A stretch of 64,000 nt of DNA, from contig CAWDML010000001.1 of NCBI GenBank assembly GCA_963803435.1, forward strand, positions 960,001-1,024,000, given 5' to 3'. Every line of letters begins with the position of its first letter. Position 1 is the stretch's first letter. The translations under genes were made by a program, and so were the position numbers. Positions 59,779 to 64,000 of the stretch are shown here, piece by piece. This DNA comes from an uncultured delta proteobacterium. GTDB lineage: Bacteria > Myxococcota > Kuafuiibacteriia > Kuafuiibacteriales > Kuafuiibacteriaceae. The notes under the pieces are model-generated. The model had not been told where the DNA came from and made no database searches. It was given only the letters and a program-made list of their open reading frames with translations.

Positions 59779-60705
59779 CTACTGCGCGACGGGCTTGGCC
59801 AGCCGCGCGATCTCGATGCGCTTGCCGTCCCGGGCCGCCACCGAGTTCTCGAAGATCGACCGCGCCTCCTCGAGGAACGGCTCGACCGTCTGATACCGCT
59901 GGCTGAAGTGCGTCAGCACCAGCTTCTTCGCGCCTGCCTCTCGCGCGATGGTCGCCGCCTGCGCCGCGGTCATGTGCCCGTGGTCGTGCGCGTCCTCCTT
60001 CTCCGATGACAGGTAGGTCGACTCGATGATCGCGAGATCGACCCCGGCCGCCAGCTCCACCGCCGCCGGGCATGGTCGCGTGTCCATCACGAACGCGACG
60101 CTCTGTCCCGGCTTGTGCACACTGACGTCCTCGACCTTCACCACCTTGCCGTCGACCGCGAGCTCGCCTTTCTTGACCAGCTCGCCGATCGCAGGCCCCC
60201 GGATGCCGAGCTCCGCCAGGCGCTCGGGCAGCATGGTGCGGCGATCCTTCTCCTGAAGCCGATAGCCGAACGTCTCCACGCCATGGTCGAGGCGCTTCGC
60301 TTCGATCGTGATCTTCGAATCCTCGTGGACGATCCCCGGCTTCTTGATCGGCTTCGCCACCAGCTGCGCCACTGCGTGATAGATCGAGGCCCGCCGCAGC
60401 CGGTCGTAGAAGACCTGACCGCTCGCCGGGAAGTAGATCTCCACCGGATGCGGGACGCGATCGAGCGAGAGGCGCTGGCACATCCCGGCCAGGCCCAGGC
60501 AGTGGTCCCCGTGGAAGTGGGTGATGCAGATCTTCGACACGCTGGTGGCGGTGACCTCGGCGAAGATCATCTGGCGCTGGGTCCCTTCGCCCGGGTCGAA
60601 GAGGATGCCCTCCTCGTCCCAGCGAAGAAGATAGCCATTGTGATTCCGGTACCGGGTGGGAACCTGGCTGGAGGTACCGAGAACGACCAGCTCTCGAACA
60701 GACAT
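59779..60705 (-). CDS. rnz: Ribonuclease Z
   Basis: LGTSSQVPT..RN, DPGEGTQRQ, THFHGDHCLG, LTHFSQRY. Confidence 0.96.
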   Translation of the reverse strand: MSVRELVVLGTSSQVPTRYRNHNGYLLRWDEEGILFDPGEGTQRQMIFAEVTATSVSKICITHFHGDHCLGLAGMCQRLSLDRVPHPVEIYFPASGQVFYDRLRRASIYHAVAQLVAKPIKKPGIVHEDSKITIEAKRLDHGVETFGYRLQEKDRRTMLPERLAELGIRGPAIGELVKKGELAVDGKVVKVEDVSVHKPGQSVAFVMDTRPCPAAVELAAGVDLAIIESTYLSSEKEDAHDHGHMTAAQAATIAREAGAKKLVLTHFSQRYQTVEPFLEEARSIFENSVAARDGKRIEIARLAKPVAQ

Positions 60706-60748
60706 GGGGCGCCGTTCGATGCGCCCCTATCTCACCCGCCCCAAAGAC

Positions 60749-62800
60749 TCAACCAGATGTCTTGAAGATGAACGGGTATTTGACGATCACGATGCCGCCG
60801 CCCTTGGGCTTCGGGAATTGCCAGGTGCGGATCTTCGCGCAGATGCACCGCTCGGCCTCGGTGCTGCCGAGCGTGCTCTGCGTGACGTCTGCGCTCTGCA
60901 CCGAGCCGCTCGCCGAGATCGTGAACTGCGTGGCCACCTTGCCGAACAGGCCCGGGTTCCGCACCAGCTCCTTCTCGTAGCAGTACCGGATCTGTGCGAT
61001 GTGCTGCTTGATGACGCGCCGGATGATCTCCTTGTCGAGCGATCCCATGATGATCGGCGATCCGGGAGAGATCGTGATGTCGTGGTCGACCTTCTTGCCG
61101 AGGCCGCCGATCCCCTCACCGTAGCCGCCCTCGCCGCCGCCGCGGCCGTGAGTGCCGAGGGCGCCCAGACCGACCGAGTTCATCGACAGGCCGCCGCCGC
61201 CAGGGCCGGTGCCACGGGTGCCGAGGCCGCCCAGGCCCGTGGCATCGCCGATCTCCGCGCCGGTCACACCGCCGAGGGCGCCCTTGAGCTCGCCGCCCAG
61301 CCCGCCCGAGCCGAACAGATAGCTGCGCCCGACGTTGCCCTTGCCGCCGAACAGCTTGGCCAGCGTGCTCTTCGCGATCTCCTTGTCGTTGGGATCGCCC
61401 TTCACCGCCATGCGGCCCTGCTTCTTCTTCGGATCGTAGTCCTTCTTGCCGGCCTTGCCCTCGCTGCCCTTGGCCTTGGCGCCTGGCTCGCCCGCCTTGA
61501 GCTTGGAGAGCAGCGTGTTCTTCTGCTTCTTCTGCTCTTCGGGCGTCAGACGGAACTGCGCGAAGCGGTTCCGGTTCTTGAAGATGTCCTCGGTCAGCTC
61601 GGCCTGCGTCACCGGGGTCGCGATGAAGCTGACGATCGCCATGGTGTGGAGGAAGAACGCCAGCACCAGGATGTTGAGCCAGGTGTAGTTCAGCCGCTCG
61701 AACAGCGGCGGCGGGATCATCCGCGTCCGCCGCACGTAGCGGACCTGGAGCACGATCGCGTTGTGCACCAGGTAGAGCGTCTCGGCGTTCTGCAGGTGAT
61801 AGCGGATCCCGCCCGCCTCGCCGGGCTCGATGTTCGGGCCGCGGTGCGAGATCATCTCCTCCACCGACCGCATGGTGCCGTCGGCGCGCTCGAGGCGTCC
61901 CGTGAAACCACCGGGGATGCTGATGCTGTAGCTCGTGCCACCGCCGGCGCTCCCCACCATCTCGGCCAGCGCGAACGTGGCCCCCGGCAGGCCCTTCGAG
62001 GGGACCTCGATGTCGCAGCGCAGGACCTTCTGCATCGGGCCCCAGCCCTGCACGCGCCGCTCGTCGCCGATCGTCACGACGGGTTGCTCGGTCACGCTGA
62101 TGCTGTCGAGGACGGTCGTCCCGCCCCAGAGCGCCTTGATCTCGAGCGCGCGCTCGCCGTCCGACACGCCCTCGCTGGCCAGGTTGTTCGGGATCGAGCC
62201 CCAGGGCTCCTGCCCTCCGGGGACGCCGGACATCATCGGCATCGCCATCGGCGTCTGCACGTACTGCTGGCTCACCGGCTGCTGCAGGATCGGGCGCGGC
62301 CCCGAGACCGGCGTCCGCGCCTGCTGCGCCGGCGCCATCGACGACATCATCTCGAGCGGCATCGGCGACACCGTGATGGTGGGCTCGGCCTGCTGCATCT
62401 CGGACGGGGTCGCCGCCCAGATCTCACCCGAGCCGTGCGGCGGAGTGATCGGCACGGCGCGCGGCTGGGACTTCGGTGCGGTCCCACGCTCGGAGATCGC
62501 GTCGAAGGAGACCACGATCTTGCAGTCGCCGAGGCGGAGCTCGTCACCGTCGGAGAGCTTCTCCTTCGAGACCTTCTCGCCGTTGAGGAACGTGCCTTCG
62601 GTCGATCCCATGTCGATGATCGAATAGTCCGCGCCACCGCCCGAAGACTCGATCACCGCGTGGATGCGAGAGACCTTCGCGTCGTCGAGCTTCAAGTGCG
62701 CGGACGCGAGGCGTCCGATCTTGATGATGTCGCGCTCGAAGACCTGCTCGAGGGCGAGCTCGGACCCCTTGTAGACCGTCAGCTTGAGTGGGATCGCCAT
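60749..62800 (-). CDS. gltG: Gliding motility protein GltG (FHA, TM helix, Gly-rich region, TonB-like C-terminus)
   Basis: IKIGRLASAHL..VSRIHAVIE..DMGS; GSLDKEIIRRVI..IRYCYEKEL..FPKPKGGGIVIVKYPFIF. Confidence 0.88.
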   Translation of the reverse strand: MAIPLKLTVYKGSELALEQVFERDIIKIGRLASAHLKLDDAKVSRIHAVIESSGGGADYSIIDMGSTEGTFLNGEKVSKEKLSDGDELRLGDCKIVVSFDAISERGTAPKSQPRAVPITPPHGSGEIWAATPSEMQQAEPTITVSPMPLEMMSSMAPAQQARTPVSGPRPILQQPVSQQYVQTPMAMPMMSGVPGGQEPWGSIPNNLASEGVSDGERALEIKALWGGTTVLDSISVTEQPVVTIGDERRVQGWGPMQKVLRCDIEVPSKGLPGATFALAEMVGSAGGGTSYSISIPGGFTGRLERADGTMRSVEEMISHRGPNIEPGEAGGIRYHLQNAETLYLVHNAIVLQVRYVRRTRMIPPPLFERLNYTWLNILVLAFFLHTMAIVSFIATPVTQAELTEDIFKNRNRFAQFRLTPEEQKKQKNTLLSKLKAGEPGAKAKGSEGKAGKKDYDPKKKQGRMAVKGDPNDKEIAKSTLAKLFGGKGNVGRSYLFGSGGLGGELKGALGGVTGAEIGDATGLGGLGTRGTGPGGGGLSMNSVGLGALGTHGRGGGEGGYGEGIGGLGKKVDHDITISPGSPIIMGSLDKEIIRRVIKQHIAQIRYCYEKELVRNPGLFGKVATQFTISASGSVQSADVTQSTLGSTEAERCICAKIRTWQFPKPKGGGIVIVKYPFIFKTSG

Positions 62801-62812
62801 CCTGTGGGCTCC

Positions 62813-63076
62813 TCAGATCCTGGACACGGAGTTCAGGATCTCGCTGTCGAAGTTCTCTCGAATCTTGATGAGGTTCGAGTGGCGCACGCGCTTGCGGCTC
62901 TCCACGTACGCACCGTCGGGTCGAGTGAGATCACCGTCGATCGTGTCATCATCGAAGCTGACAACCGTCTTCTTCTTGTAGATGACACCCTCTTCATCGT
63001 CCGTGCTTTGAGCCGACGCCACCGAGGCCAGGCCCAGCACCAACGAGGTCGTGAGGATCGCAATCGCCTTCTTCAT
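62813..63076 (-). CDS. gltF: Gliding motility protein GltF/CglF
   Basis: Signal peptide, then YKKKTVVSFDDDTIDGDLTRPDG..LIKIRENF; directly upstream of gltG. Confidence 0.85.
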   Translation of the reverse strand: MKKAIAILTTSLVLGLASVASAQSTDDEEGVIYKKKTVVSFDDDTIDGDLTRPDGAYVESRKRVRHSNLIKIRENFDSEILNSVSRI

Positions 63077-63325
63077 CGCTCTCAACCCCCAGCTTCGACA
63101 CTCCCGTAGAGTATCGGGTTCCGAGATTCTACAACGTACCGAACTTTATCGAGACTTTCGGACACCCTCCCACCGACTGAGTGTCGGACTCACAGCGGCG
63201 GATTCGGCACATCCCCTCGAGGCGCACCGGGAGGATACGCCCCGGGACTTGCCCGAGCGCTCCCCCGCAACAGTGCGGGACAAGTCGACACGAACGGTTA
63301 CCAGCGAGCCGGTGGTGGACCAGCC

Positions 63326-63613
63326 GCGGCACGCTCGCGATGCGTTACGACGTCATGGTTACAAGCGAGCGGCACGCTCGCGATGCGTAACCAGTAGGCC
63401 CCGAACCGGGGCCTACGTCATGGTTACAAGCGAGCGGCACGCTCGCGATGCGTAACCAGTAGGCCCCGAACCGGGGCCTACGTCATGGTTACAAGCGAGC
63501 GGCACGCTCGCGATGCGTAACCAGTAGGCCCCGAACCGGGGCCTACGTCATGGTTACAAGCGAGCGGCACGCTCGCGATGCGTAACCAGTAGGCCCCGAA
63601 CCGGGGCCTACGT
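63326..63613. repeat. Tandem array of four identical 65-bp double-hairpin units plus partial copies (REP/BIME-like)
   Basis: Unit CGTCATGGTTACAAGCGAGCGGCACGCTCGCGATGCGTAACCAGTAGGCCCCGAACCGGGGCCTA starts at 63351, 63416, 63481 and 63546. Confidence 0.95.
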
Positions 63614-63618
63614 TAAGG

Positions 63619-64000
63619 TTATTCGAAGTCGTCCGGCTTCGGGATGGGATCGGATGGCTCCTTCTCCCGCTTCTTCGGCTTCTTCCTGCCCGAAGGTTTC
63701 GCCTTGGACTTGGGTCGCTTCTGGGGCTCCGGCTCGATCGGAGGCGTATCACCCTCGGCCGGCGCCTGCGGCTCGTCCTTCGCCTTCTTCGCCTCCTCGG
63801 CCTTGAGCTTCTTGTCAATCTCCTCGTCCAGCTTCTTCTGCTTCGCCTCTTCCTCGGCGGCCTTCTTGTCGATCTCCTCCTGCTTCTTCGCCTCCTCCTC
63901 GGCCCGCTTCTCCTCCTCCTGGAACGCCTTCATCTGCTGGATCTCCTCCAGCATCTTGAAGACCGTGTCGTCGTCGCCGTCGCCGACCTGGAGCACGCGC
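63619..64000 (-). CDS. 3' end of a protein with charged coiled-coil and Pro-rich tail, probably GltE (partial)
   Basis: EEEKRAEEEAKKQ...EPSDPIPKPDDFE; position upstream of gltF-gltG matches the Myxococcus gltE-F-G order. Confidence 0.55.
   Translation of the reverse strand, partial: RVLQVGDGDDDTVFKMLEEIQQMKAFQEEEKRAEEEAKKQEEIDKKAAEEEAKQKKLDEEIDKKLKAEEAKKAKDEPQAPAEGDTPPIEPEPQKRPKSKAKPSGRKKPKKREKEPSDPIPKPDDFE

Noticed and set aside
63351-63610. CRISPR array
   Set aside because: The units are fully identical with no variable spacers, and no cas genes are in the window.

Overview
High-GC (~70%) DNA from a Myxococcota-type bacterium, judged from the gltE-gltF-gltG gliding genes, MYXO-CTERM-like tails, Ser/Thr kinases and an FHA sigma54 activator. 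About 1-34.9 kb is accessory-like: orphan proteins without signal peptides, a DUF1795/caleosin-like/SDR/2OG-oxygenase operon, signalling genes, an IS1182-type element carrying a four-helix-bundle gene, a merR-regulated heavy-metal operon and gene remnants, ending at an initiator tRNA-Met. About 35-64 kb is mostly housekeeping (CoA transferase, HMG-CoA lyase, kynA, hom, metF, thrC, a divergent cysS, rnz, glt genes). The best candidate for a new system is the last gene of the mer-type operon. It reads as a YHS-domain lipoprotein with an in-frame TGA in a C-x-x-G-U motif, followed by a SECIS-like hairpin, so it may be a selenoprotein missed by ORF callers. Several single-base indels break otherwise intact genes, which suggests assembly errors. 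All family calls are from motif recognition by eye, with no database searches.
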